Origin: Octopus sinensis
Taxonomy: Eukaryota
Length of the DNA: 52,026 nt
Assembly: GCF_006345805.1 (NCBI RefSeq)
Contig: NW_021833809.1
Location: 1 to 52,026, forward strand
Direction: 5' to 3'
Shown here: piece by piece, positions 1-12,705 of the stretch
Layout: each line of letters opens with the position of its first letter
Position numbering within the stretch: position 1 is the stretch's first letter
Translations under genes and position numbers: made by a program
Notes under the pieces: model-generated
Databases searched by the model: none
What the model saw: only the letters and a program-made list of their open reading frames with translations
What the model was told of the DNA's origin: nothing

Positions 1-685
1 TTTTCTCCCCTCCATACACACACAAGCATGTATCTGACTCATACATTGTTCGCTTTCCAGACATTTGTACATTACTGCATATGCTTTATATGCACTTTTG
101 ACAAGTTGTGGAGCACCTGAGCACTGTATACAATAATTTATTATTATTATTATTTCATTATAGTAAAAGTTACATACTCACTACTAATAATAAGCAGGTT
201 TCTTCATGAGTGTTAATTTATGTTCACCCCTACCCCCACTACCATCCATTAAATTTTGCATAGAACTACTCAGGTGCCAGACTCAGGGATTATAATCTTG
301 CTAGACCAGTTAAAACCTGCAACAGCATCAGTCCTGTTTCACATCTCCGAGCTTGCCAACACAAAGTAGAGCCAAACTACTCGTTAAGATGAAAGATAAG
401 AAGATTTTAATTAAATTCAAAACAAACTCTGTGACAAATTTAGTGTTTTGGTATTTAAAACATTATAATTATCTGGTTAATTAATACCCAATAACAATTT
501 TTGATTAATGTTACTCAGTACAATCATCTGTGTATTAATGAATTCGTTAAATTTAAAGACATTAATTTTCTCAAGATACCAATAAATTTTTACTTTTATG
601 ACTTTTTCAACTCTGTCTCAAGGTTGTCTGATTACTGCAAAAAATTATAATCATTACTATTGACCTTGTGCCAAAATTTGAGGCC

Positions 686-814
686 ATTATTATTATTGTT
701 GTTATTATTATATTATTATTATCCTCATCATCGTCGTCGTCATCCTCATCCTCCTCCTCCTCATCATCATCATCATCATCATTATCATTATTAGTGTTAT
801 TATTATTATTATTG

Positions 815-857
<43 letters not shown>

Positions 858-871
858 TACTACTACCACTA

Positions 872-915
<44 letters not shown>

Positions 916-916
916 G
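686..916. repeat. (TAT)n/(CAT)n microsatellite
   Basis: Direct trinucleotide runs; source of the poly-N/poly-L ORFs. Confidence 0.95.
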
Positions 917-1372
917 AGTGAGAGAGCAGTGCATGCCATCAAAGTGACACTGGGGTAAAATATACGAAGCCCAATATACCCATCATGACTACCCGTCTGA
1001 TAAGGTACACCAGGCACATGCATCACAACCATATGCGCGACATGGTGATCTCAATCAAGATAAACAGCACATGACCTTGCAGGTGGGGCCCAGTTAGAAT
1101 TTTCTTCTGGTCGAGTAACCCATCACACTCAAAAGGTCCCTGAATAAGGGTTGTTTAAGAATGTTGAATGAAACACCCATGTTTCCAGAGGTGAATTATC
1201 CAAACCCCAAAGAATTCCTCTCAACACATGGCTATGATGCTCCCCCACTACTTCTGTTTGTGATCAGAGATGCACATATCATCAGACACTAAGGGACATG
1301 CTCAACTGGTTATGGTCAAACAACTGACAAGCAAATCTGTGGTATTGCGCAGAATATTTGCTGTGGCCCATC
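917..1372 (-). mobile_element. 3' end of a non-LTR retrotransposon, probably R4/Dong-like, ending in (TAA)n
   Basis: Minus strand starts with ATANILRN, similar to the GTAHILRK C-terminal motif of the adjacent element, then a long non-coding 3' region running into (TAA)n. Confidence 0.5.
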
Positions 1373-1391
1373 TATTATTATTATTATTATT

Positions 1392-1845
1392 CAGTAGTTT
1401 TATTTTTATAACGTGCTTTCACTTCACTACCGAGCGCAGCTCTGCGTGCCTTGGATGTGTGCTGTGATTTGTTGTGATAATCTGATGGTTACTTTATTGA
1501 AAGTGTTTTGCGTAGGATGTGTGCAGTGCCCAGTAGTGCAATTTTCTGTATGTTATATATATTTGTAAGTCCTGGTGTTTTTGTTATGTATTTGTCTGAA
1601 TATCTTTTTTTTATATCATACCTAATGCGCCCACTAAGATAGGAATTGTTTCTGTTCTTAGATTCCACATTAGAGTTACCTCTATTTCCAGGTCTTTGTA
1701 TTTGAATTTTTCTCCATTTCTTTTAGAGAAATGTTGTCATCTGTTAGAATTGATACTTCAATTAGAAAGCAATTTTCTTCTCATGATCTCTGACAACTAT
1801 ATCTGACATGTTGGCCTTAATTTCTCTATCTGTGTGCATTGGCAT
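1392..1845 (-). mobile_element. 5'-truncated R4/Dong-like (R2 superfamily) retrotransposon, restriction-like endonuclease C-terminus, frameshifted
   Basis: Minus-strand translation across frameshifts: DREIKANMSDIVVRD..CFLIEVSI..KE..KYKDLEIEVTLMWNLRTETIPILVGALGMI..IQKIALLGTAHILRKTLSIK*. Flanked on both sides by (TAA)n. Confidence 0.8.
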
Positions 1846-1873
1846 TATTATTATTATTATTATTATTATTTGT

Positions 1874-1920
<47 letters not shown>

Positions 1921-2075
1921 CAGGTAGTTAGTAGTAGTAGTAGTAGTAGTAGTAGTAAGTAGTAGTAGTAGTAGTGCAGGTGGTAGTAGTAGTAGTAGTA
2001 GTGGTGGTGGTGGTGGTAGTAGTAGTGCAGGTGGTGGTAGTAGTAGTAGTAGTAGTACTGGTGGTGGTGGTGGTG

Positions 2076-2123
<48 letters not shown>

Positions 2124-2140
2124 GTATCATTATTATTAGT
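1846..2140. repeat. (TAT)/(TAG)/(TGG) compound microsatellite
   Basis: Direct inspection. Confidence 0.95.
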
Positions 2141-2377
2141 CAACTTGTTTCGGGGATTGGTCTTCTTCCTGGCAGGGCTTAAGTGGCTACTGGATTACTT
2201 CCCGTAACCTTAGAGATCCTCATGATTACAATAAGCCATCAAGTGCTCAAAGCCCTCATGATGCTCTTTCCTGTTCCTAAGAGGCATTCATTCTCCTGAA
2301 GTACTACAGGACATTCCATTCCAGTTTCCTTTCACCACTTATCTACGTCAAATTATCATCATCATCATCATCATCTT

Positions 2378-2553
2378 GGCTGTGTGGTTAGTAGCTTGCT
2401 AACCAACACATGGTTCCGGGTTCAGTCCCCTGCGTGGCACCTTGAGCAAGTGTCTTCTGCTGTAGCCACGGGCCGACCAATGCCATGTGTGGATTTGGTA
2501 GACGGAACTGAAAGAATGCCTTCGTATATGTATGTATATATATATATATATAG

Positions 2554-2595
<42 letters not shown>

Positions 2596-2807
2596 TTGTG
2601 TGTCTGTGTTTTGTCCCCCTAGCATTGCTTGACACCGATGCTGGTGTGTTTACGTCCCCCGTAACTTAGCGGTTCGGCAAAAGAGACGCGATAGAATAAG
2701 TACTCGGCTTACAAAAGAATAAGTCCCGGGGTCGATTTGCTCGACTAAAGGTGGTGCTCCAGGATGGCCGCAGTCAAATGACTGAAACAAGTAAAAGAGT
2801 AAAGAGT
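2378..2807 (+). mobile_element. ~400 bp tRNA-head SINE with CORE-like motif, internal TA/TG microsatellite and (AAAGAGT) tail
   Basis: Head GGCTGTGTGGT..GGTTCAGTCCC (A/B-box-like), CCTTG(G/A)GCAAGT CORE-like motif; >10 copies in the window. Confidence 0.85.
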
Positions 2808-2874
2808 ATAGTGTGTGTGTGTGTTAGTGTGTGTGTGTGTTAGTGTGTGTGCTTTTTTATATGAATAATAAATA

Positions 2875-3130
2875 AATGCGCACTTTTAAGCCTAGCCCAG
2901 GCTCATGGTGGCCCGGTTTCCTGGTTTCAATGGCATATGTTTCCCCAGATGGACTGGCGTCCTGCCAGTCCATCAACGCGTTTACTCATTTTTGCCAGCT
3001 GAGTGGACTGGAGCAACGTGAAATGAAGTGTTTTCTCAAGAACACAACGTGTCGCCCCCGTCCAGGAATCGAAACCACAATCTTAAGATCATGATGCTGA
3101 CACCCTTACCACTAAGCACGCACCTCCACT
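2875..3130 (-). mobile_element. tRNA-head SINE with Meta/V-like central domain
   Basis: Minus strand: GTGGAGGTGCGTGCTTAGTGGTAAGG..GGTTTCGATTCC head, then GATGGACTGGC...GAAACCGGG motifs. Family assignment is from memory. Confidence 0.55.
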
Positions 3131-3134
3131 GCTT

Positions 3135-3560
3135 TTTTATATATCTCTGTGTATACACATACTAGATATGCCACACACGCACATACACACATACACACAA
3201 ACATATATACATATTCATGCACACACACATACACACACATACATCCACACACATGCACACACACATACACACACATAAATATATTATTCAAACGTTGTTT
3301 TGTTTCCGGTTCTCTGCAGAACACACACATAGACATACACATTCACACACACACACACACATTCACACACATACATTCACATACACATATTCACATGCAT
3401 ACACCATTCACACACACACACACACTTTCACACAATCACACACATACACATTCACTCACATGTACACATTCACACACACACATTCATACACACACATTCA
3501 CATACATATATTCACATGCATACACCATTCGCCCACACATATTCACATGCATACACCATT

Positions 3561-3617
<57 letters not shown>

Positions 3618-3929
3618 TCATATATCACACACATACACATTCACTCACATGTACACATTCACACCCACACATTCATACACACACATTCACATACATATAT
3701 TCACATGCATACACCATTCGCCCACACTATTCACATGCATACACCATTCACACACACACACACACACCCACACACCACACACACCTTTCATATAATCACA
3801 CACATACACATTCACTCACATGTACACATTCACACCCACCACATTCTACACACACCATTCACATACATATATTCACATGCATACACCATTCGCCCACACA
3901 TATTCACTGCATACACCATTCACACCACA

Positions 3930-3967
<38 letters not shown>

Positions 3968-4372
3968 TCATATAATCACACACATACACATTCACTCACA
4001 TGTACACATTCACACACACACATTCATACACACACATTCACATACACATATTCCCATGCATGCACCATTCACATTCACATATTCACATGCATACACCATT
4101 CACACACACACACACATTCACACAGACACACACACACACCCTTTCACACAATCACACTCATACATATTCACACACATAATACACACCTACACATTCACAC
4201 ACATGTACACATTCACACACACACACACATTCATACACACACATTCACATACACATATTCATATGCATACACCATTCACACACACACACACACACACATT
4301 CTCACAGACACACACACACACACACACACTTTCACACAATCACACACCTACACATTCACACACATACACACA
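3135..4372. repeat. 1.2 kb degenerate (CA)/(CACATT) microsatellite with internal block duplications
   Basis: Direct inspection; explains the H/T-rich ORFs. Confidence 0.95.
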
Positions 4373-5242
4373 GAAATATACCCATGCTTCTACGCATCAC
4401 TCTAACAACAATCGTTTGTTTTCTTTTTCTTTAAGTTGAATATTTCTTGCTTAAAATTAACCATTTTCCATGTACGTCTCCGCATGAAACAAATCAAATC
4501 TTTCATAAAAGAAAAAATTCCAAAAAATTAAAGAAACCCAAAAAAGCAAAGAGCCGAGGAGATCTGGTTTCTTTCAACAAAAACCAAAACTGAAAAAAAT
4601 AAGTTGGTTGGCCAACGAGTAAAGTTGCCGGGAGCAAAGTGATGATTTTGTGTCTGTAGAAAGATAAAAACATCACTCACAGCAGAAGACATTTACATCG
4701 TTTTCATGTCCACTTTTCCATGGAGCAGGAAGAATTTTTATTGAAGCAGATATCTAACACAGCTGGATGCCCTTCCTGCTGCCAATCCTCGCTTGTTTCC
4801 AAGGGAGGTAATTTCCAAGTGAGGTCATTTCCTCATGGACAGATGTGGAAGGTTGGACATAAACGACACTGCTTGTAGGACAGTGGTGCTTGTTTACGAC
4901 TACCATGCAAGTTCAAGGCTAGGAGACGGTAACACGTGCCACTGGTGCTCCATCAGTTACAACGACAAGGGTTCCAGTTGCTCATGGAATTAATGTACAA
5001 GTGGCTGAGTACTCCACAGACATGCATATTTCACGTTATTTGCACCGTTGGTGACGTCCTGTACCCATATATGCATGTGTTTATATATATATATATATGT
5101 ATGTATGTATATATATATATCTATGTATATATATGTATGTATGTATATATTTTTTTAAATTTTATTTTATTTTATCTATTTCAGCTCACGAGCTGTGGCA
5201 TGCCTGGGCACAACCGCCATTAAAGCATTAAAAATAGCCTTC

Positions 5243-5314
5243 TGCCACCAATGAGATTGAACTCATGACCCCTGGTTTACGAGACCAGTGCTCTAACCAC
5301 TGAGCTATGGAGGC
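5243..5314 (-). pseudogene. trnT-CGU: tRNA-Thr(CGU), probable pseudogene (6-nt T-loop)
   Basis: 72 nt; T-loop TTCAAT lacks one base versus the copy at 8903; T4:T69 mismatch; 5' flank replaced by microsatellite/SINE; T5 terminator downstream. Confidence 0.75.
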
Positions 5315-5344
5315 TATATATCTATATATATACACACACACAAT

Positions 5345-5510
5345 GTGCTTCTTTCAGTTCCCATCTATTGTATCAACTCACAAGGCTTTGGTCCCCACAG
5401 GGTTATAATAGGAAATACTTACCCAAGGTGCCACACAGAGAGACTGAACCTGAATTCAAGGGGTCGGTCGATTGAGAAGGAAGTTTCTTAACCTCACAGC
5501 CACGCATGTC
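5345..5510 (-). mobile_element. Degenerate CORE-like SINE head directly upstream of the tRNA at 5243
   Basis: CCCAAGGTGCCAC..GACTGAACC matches the reverse complement of the SINE head. Confidence 0.7.
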
Positions 5511-5879
5511 CTTACTTGTATCAGCAGAAATATAAAAGAAAAAAACAAAGAAATTTGTAAAATAAAATAAATTTGTAGACAACAAAGAGAAATGAATATA
5601 GATATTTCCAGCAAAAGCAAAAAGAGAAAAAGAAAAAAGGTTTGTAATATCGAAAGATATAATTTTGTTTATCCTTCGGTTAATTTTGCATTGCTTGTTA
5701 TTTCACCTTTGCCATAACTGGATTTCAATAACATTCTTTGTTTTTTTTTTTCTTTGATTTTTTTTTTTTTCAAAATCTAGAATAATACATATTTTAACAA
5801 TGTGCTAGTCACTTGATCAACATAGAAGAGGGCTTTGTTGTTTTTACCTTGCGATTGCAGTCTTCATCACCAATACATG

Positions 5880-5889
5880 AATATTATAC

Positions 5890-5924
<35 letters not shown>

Positions 5925-5995
5925 TATATGTAGATATATGTAGATAGATAGATAGATAGTTAGATAGGTAGATAGATAGATAGATAGACAGACAA

Positions 5996-6033
<38 letters not shown>

Positions 6034-6055
6034 GGATAGATAGATAGATTGATAT

Positions 6056-6108
<53 letters not shown>

Positions 6109-6328
6109 TAGATTGATAGATACACACATATATACATATATACATGTATACACATAGATATATACACATAGATATATACACATATATATATTTATGTGCA
6201 TACGCACACATGCACTCATAGATATAGATATATTAAAATAGATAGATAGCTAGATAGATAGAGAAGAGAGAGAGAGAGAGAGGGAGACAGACACACAGAC
6301 AGAAAGACAAACAGATAGACAGATATGC

Positions 6329-6422
<94 letters not shown>

Positions 6423-6443
6423 TGATATATAGATAGATAGATA

Positions 6444-6477
<34 letters not shown>

Positions 6478-6515
6478 CAGAACAGATAGATGATAGATAG
6501 ATAGATAGATCATAG

Positions 6516-6583
<68 letters not shown>

Positions 6584-6586
6584 TAT

Positions 6587-6649
<63 letters not shown>

Positions 6650-6675
6650 CACAAACACATACATGCACACACACA
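5880..6675. repeat. (GATA)n/(GACA)n/(TA)n microsatellite block
   Basis: Direct inspection; IYLS ORFs are artefacts. Confidence 0.95.
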
Positions 6676-6829
6676 CGGATGCTCACTTTTCTTCTATTTT
6701 CTAATTTTTTAATTTTTTTCAGTTTTTCAATTTCATGTCTAACCATTACTATATTCCTGCAATCTAGTTTTCTTATACCAGACACAAAAAGCTTCTTGAA
6801 ACTTCTTTCAATTTTTTGACTGCCATGAC

Positions 6830-6871
<42 letters not shown>

Positions 6872-8039
6872 GTTGAGTTGTTTAGCTGGACAGCAACCAT
6901 TTGATCTAACCACATTCAACGGCTTTCAAATGTTTGTCTTCATTTTTATTCTAATTTCTTTTTTATCTATTTTTTTTTTTTTTGCCTTTTCAAAAATTTC
7001 AACTGTCTGTCGAAGAAAATTCTTTACTCTTTATATTTTTTCAACGGAACTTACACACACACACAAAAAAGAATTTAAATAACAACAAACAACAACATAC
7101 AATGCTTAATAATGTTCTGACAATGAAGTATGAAGCCACAATAAACAACTCGAATATAAATTATAATATAAAATATATTGAATGCAAATTAAAGCTAGAA
7201 TTAAAATAATTTACTCGCAGGAGTGTTATATCATTAAAAGCAATTCTTTGATATTATTCTATGGTGTATATTCATTTTCTCACATCCCGGTCTTTGTGGT
7301 TTGTTTCCAGAGAAGACAATCAGCATCTTGGTGCCCGCCGTAATGTTTCGAATAATGCAAAGAAGACTTTTGGATCTGTCAATCGTCAGTCGTCGTTGTC
7401 GACGTCATTCACGAGTTGTGTCGACGGTGACAGACAGACAGACAGACAGAATTAATGTAATTAAATTCATGGAGCGTTATATTCTTCGGGCAGACTTTGG
7501 AATTTATTCATCGTCTTCATCATCATCATCATCATCATCATCATCGCCATCATCATCATCATCATCATCGCCATCATTGCCATCACCACCACCACCACCA
7601 CCACTACCACCCCACCACCACCACTACCACCACCACCACCACCACCACCACCACCACCACCACCACCATCATCATTTAACGTCTATTTACCATACTGGTA
7701 CATGTCGGGCAGTTTTCCTGCAACATTCTGATCACATGTCCGTAGAGCCAAAGATGTGAATTCCCAAATGCAGAGAAGTAATTAATAACTAATACAAGGA
7801 CACAGAAACTCGTTATATCATCAATCCATTCATTCATTTTCTCTGCTCATTTTTTCTGCTCCTCAGGAGGTCATGAGGTCAGAGGCCTCAATCAACCCCC
7901 TCCCTGGATTCTAGCAGAAGCAACTCACATTAGACTTTCCAGCTGGATTCCAAAACATGACTGATTGGAACCATGGATATTATCTGATCATCTTGTCCTT
8001 GGTCAACCTTTAGGTTTCCTCTTAGCCATCATGGTTTAA

Positions 8040-8260
8040 CCCTTTAGCATTTAAACCGGCCATATCCGGCCAAAAGTATTCTGCCTGTTTTATGTTCAAA
8101 CTGGCCAGATCTGGTCTCTCACACCAACCCTAAAATGTCGTTTTAAAAATTAACAGCTACCTCATCAAAATCTCATAGCTACAAGATAATGCATGATTAG
8201 TTCAAAACAATGTGGATAAAGAAGTATTAATTTTGGCAGAATAATGTGAACACTAAAGGG
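8040..8260. mobile_element. piggyBac-like MITE
   Basis: TTAA|CCCTTTAG ... CTAAAGGG|TTAA. Confidence 0.85.
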
Positions 8261-8382
8261 TTAAAGAATTCAATTTATGATTCTTTCCCAAGACCTTTTA
8301 ACATGTCTGTAGTATTGGAAGTGCGACCTCTCAATGCCAGGAAGTAGTTTTCAGCTTGGAGATTTACATAACAAATAAGAGA

Positions 8383-8765
8383 TACTCTTTACTCTTTTAC
8401 TCTTTTACTTGTTTCAGTCATTTGACTGCGGCCATGCTGGAGCACCGCCTTTTTAATCGAGCAACTCAACCCCGGGACTTGTTCTTTTGTAAGCCCAGTA
8501 CTTACTCTATCGGACTCTTTTGCCAAACCGCTAAGTAACGGGGACGTAAACACACCAGCATCGGTTGCCAAGCAATGCTAGGGGGACAAACACAGACACA
8601 CAAACACATGACGGGCTTCTTTCAGTTTCCGTCTACTAAATCCACTCACGAGGCTTTGGTCGGTCCGAGGCTATAGTAGAAGACACTTGCCCAAGGTGCC
8701 ACGCAGTGGGACTGAACCTGGAACCATGTGGTTGGTAAGCAAGCTACTTACCACACAGCCACTCC
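8383..8765 (-). mobile_element. CORE-like SINE, full length
   Basis: Reverse complement of the 2378/9341 element. Confidence 0.85.
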
Positions 8766-8902
8766 TGCAATATATAATTTAAACACATATTTCATGTATC
8801 AAAAAAAATGTCAGTTCCAAAATATTGGAAATGGTGATCAATAAATCTAAAGCAGTATCATTCTTTGAGCTAAGAAATTTAAGGAAAAACAAAAAAGTCT
8901 TC

Positions 8903-8975
8903 TGCCACCAATGAGAATTGAACTCATGACCCCTGGTTTACGAGACCAGTGCTCTAACCACTGAGCTATGGAGGC
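8903..8975 (-). tRNA. trnT-CGU: tRNA-Thr(CGU)
   Basis: 73-nt cloverleaf: GCCTCCA/TGGTGGC acceptor (T4:T69 mismatch), anticodon loop CTCGTAA, T-arm ATGAG-TTCAATT-CTCAT; T6 terminator 5 nt downstream. Confidence 0.85.
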
Positions 8976-9034
8976 TGAGACAGTCTTAATCTTTCCAATT
9001 TACTATTTACTTCTACTTTTGATGAAACCCACAC

Positions 9035-9060
9035 TTCACCATCTGTTGTATATATTGATT
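9035..9060 (-). promoter_or_regulatory. Conserved upstream element at -85 of tRNA-Thr(CGU) (AATCAATATATACAACAGATGGTGAA)
   Basis: 23/26 identical to the element at -85 of the Thr(UGU) gene at 22651; function inferred. Confidence 0.55.
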
Positions 9061-9340
9061 GGGGTGGGGTATATATATATATATAGCATCCATGTATCAC
9101 CATGGATTTAGTCTGTGGTGGAGGCCATTTATTGAGTTAAGAATATTGATCAGTCAAACAGCAAGTACACACACACGCACAATGGGACACGCCTATAGCA
9201 TATTTTACAGTTTACATAGTTCAACCTTAATAAGCAAGAAAAATCAACTTTTAACCTTTTATTTAATTGTTATATGTTCAAATTGTCAAGATCTGACCTC
9301 TTACACCTACCCTACAATGTCACCCAAAAGATAAACAATC

Positions 9341-9735
9341 AGGAGTGGCTGTGTGGTAAGTATCTTGCTTACCAGCCACATGGTTCAGGGTTCAGTCCCA
9401 CTGCGTGGCACCTTGGGCAAGTGTCTTCTACTATAGCCTCGGGCCGACCAAAGCCTTGTGAGTGGATTTGGTAGACGGAAACTGAAAGAAGCCCGTCGTA
9501 TATATGTATATATATATATATGCGTGTGTGTGTTTGTATGTCTGTGTTTGTCCCCCTAGCATTGCTTGACAACCGATGCTGGTGTGTTTATGTCCCCGTT
9601 ACTTAGCAGTTCGGCAAAAGAGACCGATAGAATAAGTACTGGGCTTACAAAGGAATAAGTCCCGGGGTCAAGTTGCTCGATTAAAAAGGCGGTGCTCCAG
9701 CATGGCCGCAGTCAAAGTAAGAGAGTAAAAGAGTT
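9341..9735 (+). mobile_element. CORE-like SINE, full length
   Basis: Same family as 2378. Confidence 0.85.
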
Positions 9736-9922
9736 TATCATGAAAATCTGAAAGGCATGACATAATTTTTGATTAATTCAAAACAACGTGAATAAATAAA
9801 CATCACATTTGACAGAATAATATGAATACTAAACAAGCCATATCCAACCCAAATATTCTACCTGTTTTATGTTCAAACCATGCAGATCTGGCCTATCACA
9901 CCAACTCTACAATGTCATTTAT

Positions 9923-10272
9923 TCTCTAGAAAAACGCCGCCGCCGTGGTGATCTCTATTCTCGCTCACAACATCATAAGCGGAAAGTGTAACCTCTCGAA
10001 AGAGCTGTTCTTCACTCCTGCTCCAGAGCGTCGGCTGCGGGGTCATTCTGAAAAGCTCTACCTGTGACGATTTCATCTCAATCGAAGGAGAGGAGCTTTC
10101 TTCATCTGGGTTGCGGATCCGTGGAACAAGCTGCCAGACGAGATGGTGAAGATGCTGACGACCGCTTTGTTCAAAGTCTCCCTTGACCTCAAGTGGCCTG
10201 AACTCTTTACATGAACACCACCCTCCCTACATGGCCTTGCTATTTGCTTTTGAGCCAAATTAACTAACTAAC
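9923..10272 (+). mobile_element. CR1-clade LINE 3' fragment with (CTAA)n tail, inserted in piggyBac-MITE remnants
   Basis: LEKRRRRGDL..HNIISG..FF..RLRGHSEKL..RRRGAFF..WNKLPDEMV..FKVSLD*, with a frameshift and a stop. Host ends GCTAAAGGGTTAA at ~10394. Confidence 0.8.
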
Positions 10273-11559
10273 ATTGCAAAAAGAGAAACAATCACATCAT
10301 CAAGACCTTGAAGTTATAAAATAATGCATAATTAATTCAAAACAATGTGAATAAATAAAAATTTGACACAATAATTCGAATGCTAAAGGGTTAATAATAT
10401 TGATCCCTTCACAGTGGGATACATAACAGATCCTGTATTCTACCTTCTTGGCATTTGTTACACTCAATTCCTACTTTAGACAAAAGTTCCTAAGTGCTTT
10501 GTGACTGATAGCGAAGTAATGGCAACAACAAAATCCTGATCAATCAAAGTCCCCAAACAAACTCTACTGGATTTCCTTGGTGTAATAATGAAACCCAAAT
10601 TGGGAAAATATGTAGAAATATTTCTGAGGGAGTCTGAGAGAACCAAGTATGGAAAACCTTTGCTACTCTGTCACAAAATAGATACATTCTCTTGTATTGA
10701 TAGATGTGACAATTTGACTGTTCTGATAACAAAAGTTAGATAGCATCTGACGGTCTCCCACTTATGCTCTCAGTTCAGTGCCAACCATTGTTGCCAGCTT
10801 GCATGTTTGTTACTCAAGGCACCATTCGTCACTGGAAATGTTTTATGTTCAAAAAATTCTTCATAAACTGCTTTGTTTATGATAAGTGCTCATACACTGA
10901 AGTTTCGCTGTATCTCTTCTTGATAAGATTTTGACCTCAGGGCACTCAATCTGTCTCAGAAATCAGTGAAACAAAAGAATGTTTTGTGAGAAGCAAAGGT
11001 TTTGCAAAGTTGGTTCTCTCAGACTCTCTCAGAAATATTCTGACATATAGGCGCAGGCCTGGCTGGGTGGTTAACAAGCTTGCCTCACAAACATGTTCTG
11101 AGTTCAGTCCCACTGTGTGACACCTTGGGAAAGTGTCTTCTGGTGTAACCCTGGGCCAACAAAGCCTTGCCAGTGGATTTGGTTGATGAAAATTGACAGA
11201 AAGCCATCATTATGACCAGGTGGTAAGAAGCTTGCTGTCCAGTCACATGATTCTGGGTTCAGTTCCACTGTGTGGGACTTTGGGAAAGTGTCTTGCACTA
11301 TGGCCTTGTTGTAAATTAATATCATCTATTTGCAATGATCTTCAAAAACATGTCTGGCTATGAAGAATTGTTATCTTGTTTGAACACAGGTAAAAGGTTG
11401 GCAACTGGACAAGTACCTGATTGTAGAATATCTTCCTCAATAAACTCTGTCTGACTCAAGGAAACAGAAAAGTAGACTTTAAAAACAATTAAGATAATAG
11501 TATTTCGTTTTCGGATTTGGTTTGCAAGATTCTTTATATGAGTTCATGTGTTGAAGCAC

Positions 11560-11766
11560 ATTCCGTTGTGTCTGGGGAGAGTCATTTTCTTTTTGTGCCT
11601 TATAATATAACACACTCGCTGGTAAAATTAAAACTGTTGAAAAGGTTGCAAGACGCAACGAAAATTTTAGGAAAATAAAAATTAGAAAAAAGTGGAAATT
11701 TTACTGGTGAGTGTGTTAAATTATAAGGCACAAAAAGAAAATGACTCTCCCCAGACACAACGGAAT
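11560..11766. repeat. Inverted repeat with ~70 bp arms (MITE-like)
   Basis: 11560-11629 is the near-perfect reverse complement of 11697-11766. Confidence 0.8.
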
Positions 11767-11837
11767 AAGATAATAGAGATAATGACAAATGACAACGGCA
11801 AATAAGGAAAAATAATTTTTTAAAAATGTAGATTTAA

Positions 11838-11910
11838 AGCCCCCAGTGAGAATTGAACTCACGACCCCTGGTTTACAAGACCAGTGCTCTAACCTCTGAG
11901 CTATGGAGGC
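11838..11910 (-). tRNA. trnT-UGU: tRNA-Thr(UGU), consensus sequence
   Basis: GCCTCCATAGCTCAGAGGTTAGAGCACTGGTCTTGTAAACCAGGGGTCGTGAGTTCAATTCTCACTGGGGGCT; full cloverleaf, T5 downstream. Confidence 0.95.
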
Positions 11911-11969
11911 TTCCACACAGATTATATTCTTGTATAGCGTTTTAAATCTTTTTCCTAGTTGCTCTGATA

Positions 11970-11995
11970 TTCAACATGTGTTGGATCTATTGATT
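11970..11995 (-). promoter_or_regulatory. Conserved upstream element at -85 (AATCAATAGATCCAACACATGTTGAA)
   Basis: Same motif and distance as at 9035-9060 and 22566-22591. Confidence 0.55.
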
Positions 11996-12199
11996 ACGCT
12001 GTATGTGACTAACATCAGACTGTGTGTCACCTAAAGTTTACAGCGTTGACATATATCTTGACTTTGATTTTCTTAATCAATAGATAATTAAGATCAATCA
12101 ATTAGTCAAGTACTCAACCAACATATTATGACGGGAAACACTGATAGTCTTGCTCTACAAATGTTCGTGGACAGACTTTGGACTTGAGTCTGTCATGAT

Positions 12200-12700
12200 T
12201 TGTAGGTCACATGAGCTGGCTTCTGGCTTGCCTCATGCCCTTGCTTGATGGGGCTGAGGTCATTCCAGGTTAGTGGTCCCAGAGGCATCATCGTGTGTAG
12301 ACCCAACCAGGTCCACCAGTGTTCTCCATTGCTGGCTGTCTCATGCCCTTGCTTGATGGGGCTGAGGTCATTCCAGGTTAGTGGTCCCAGAGGCATCATC
12401 GTGTGTAGACCCAACCAGGTCCACCAGTGTTCTCCATTGCTGGCTGTCTCATGCCCTTGCTTGATGGGGCTGAGGTCATTCCAGGTTAGTGGTCCCAGAG
12501 GCATCATCGTGTGTAGACCCAACCAGATCCACCAGTGTTCTCCATTGCTGGCTGTCTCATGCCAGCCCCTCTGCATCCTCCAGGTGACATCAAGCCTCTG
12601 GAGTTCATCCCTGGTTACATCCAGCCATCTGGTGTGGGGCCTGCCAATAGGCAGCTGCTGCACTGAATGAGAGTAAAGCCCTGGTAGGATGATCTAATAG
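12200..12700 (-). mobile_element. RTE-clade LINE 3' end, terminal 108 bp triplicated
   Basis: HPTRALLSF..IGRPHTRWLDVTRDELQRLDVTW(fs)EDAEGLA*DSQQWRTLVDLVGS resembles an RTE C-terminus; 108-bp units start at 12232, 12340 and 12448. Confidence 0.7.
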
Positions 12701-12705
12701 GAGAC

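Noticed and set aside
2949-2975. Perfect 11-bp hairpin GATGGACTGGC/GCCAGTCCATC as a structured RNA
   Set aside because: Lies inside a SINE body; best explained as a local quasi-palindrome correction.
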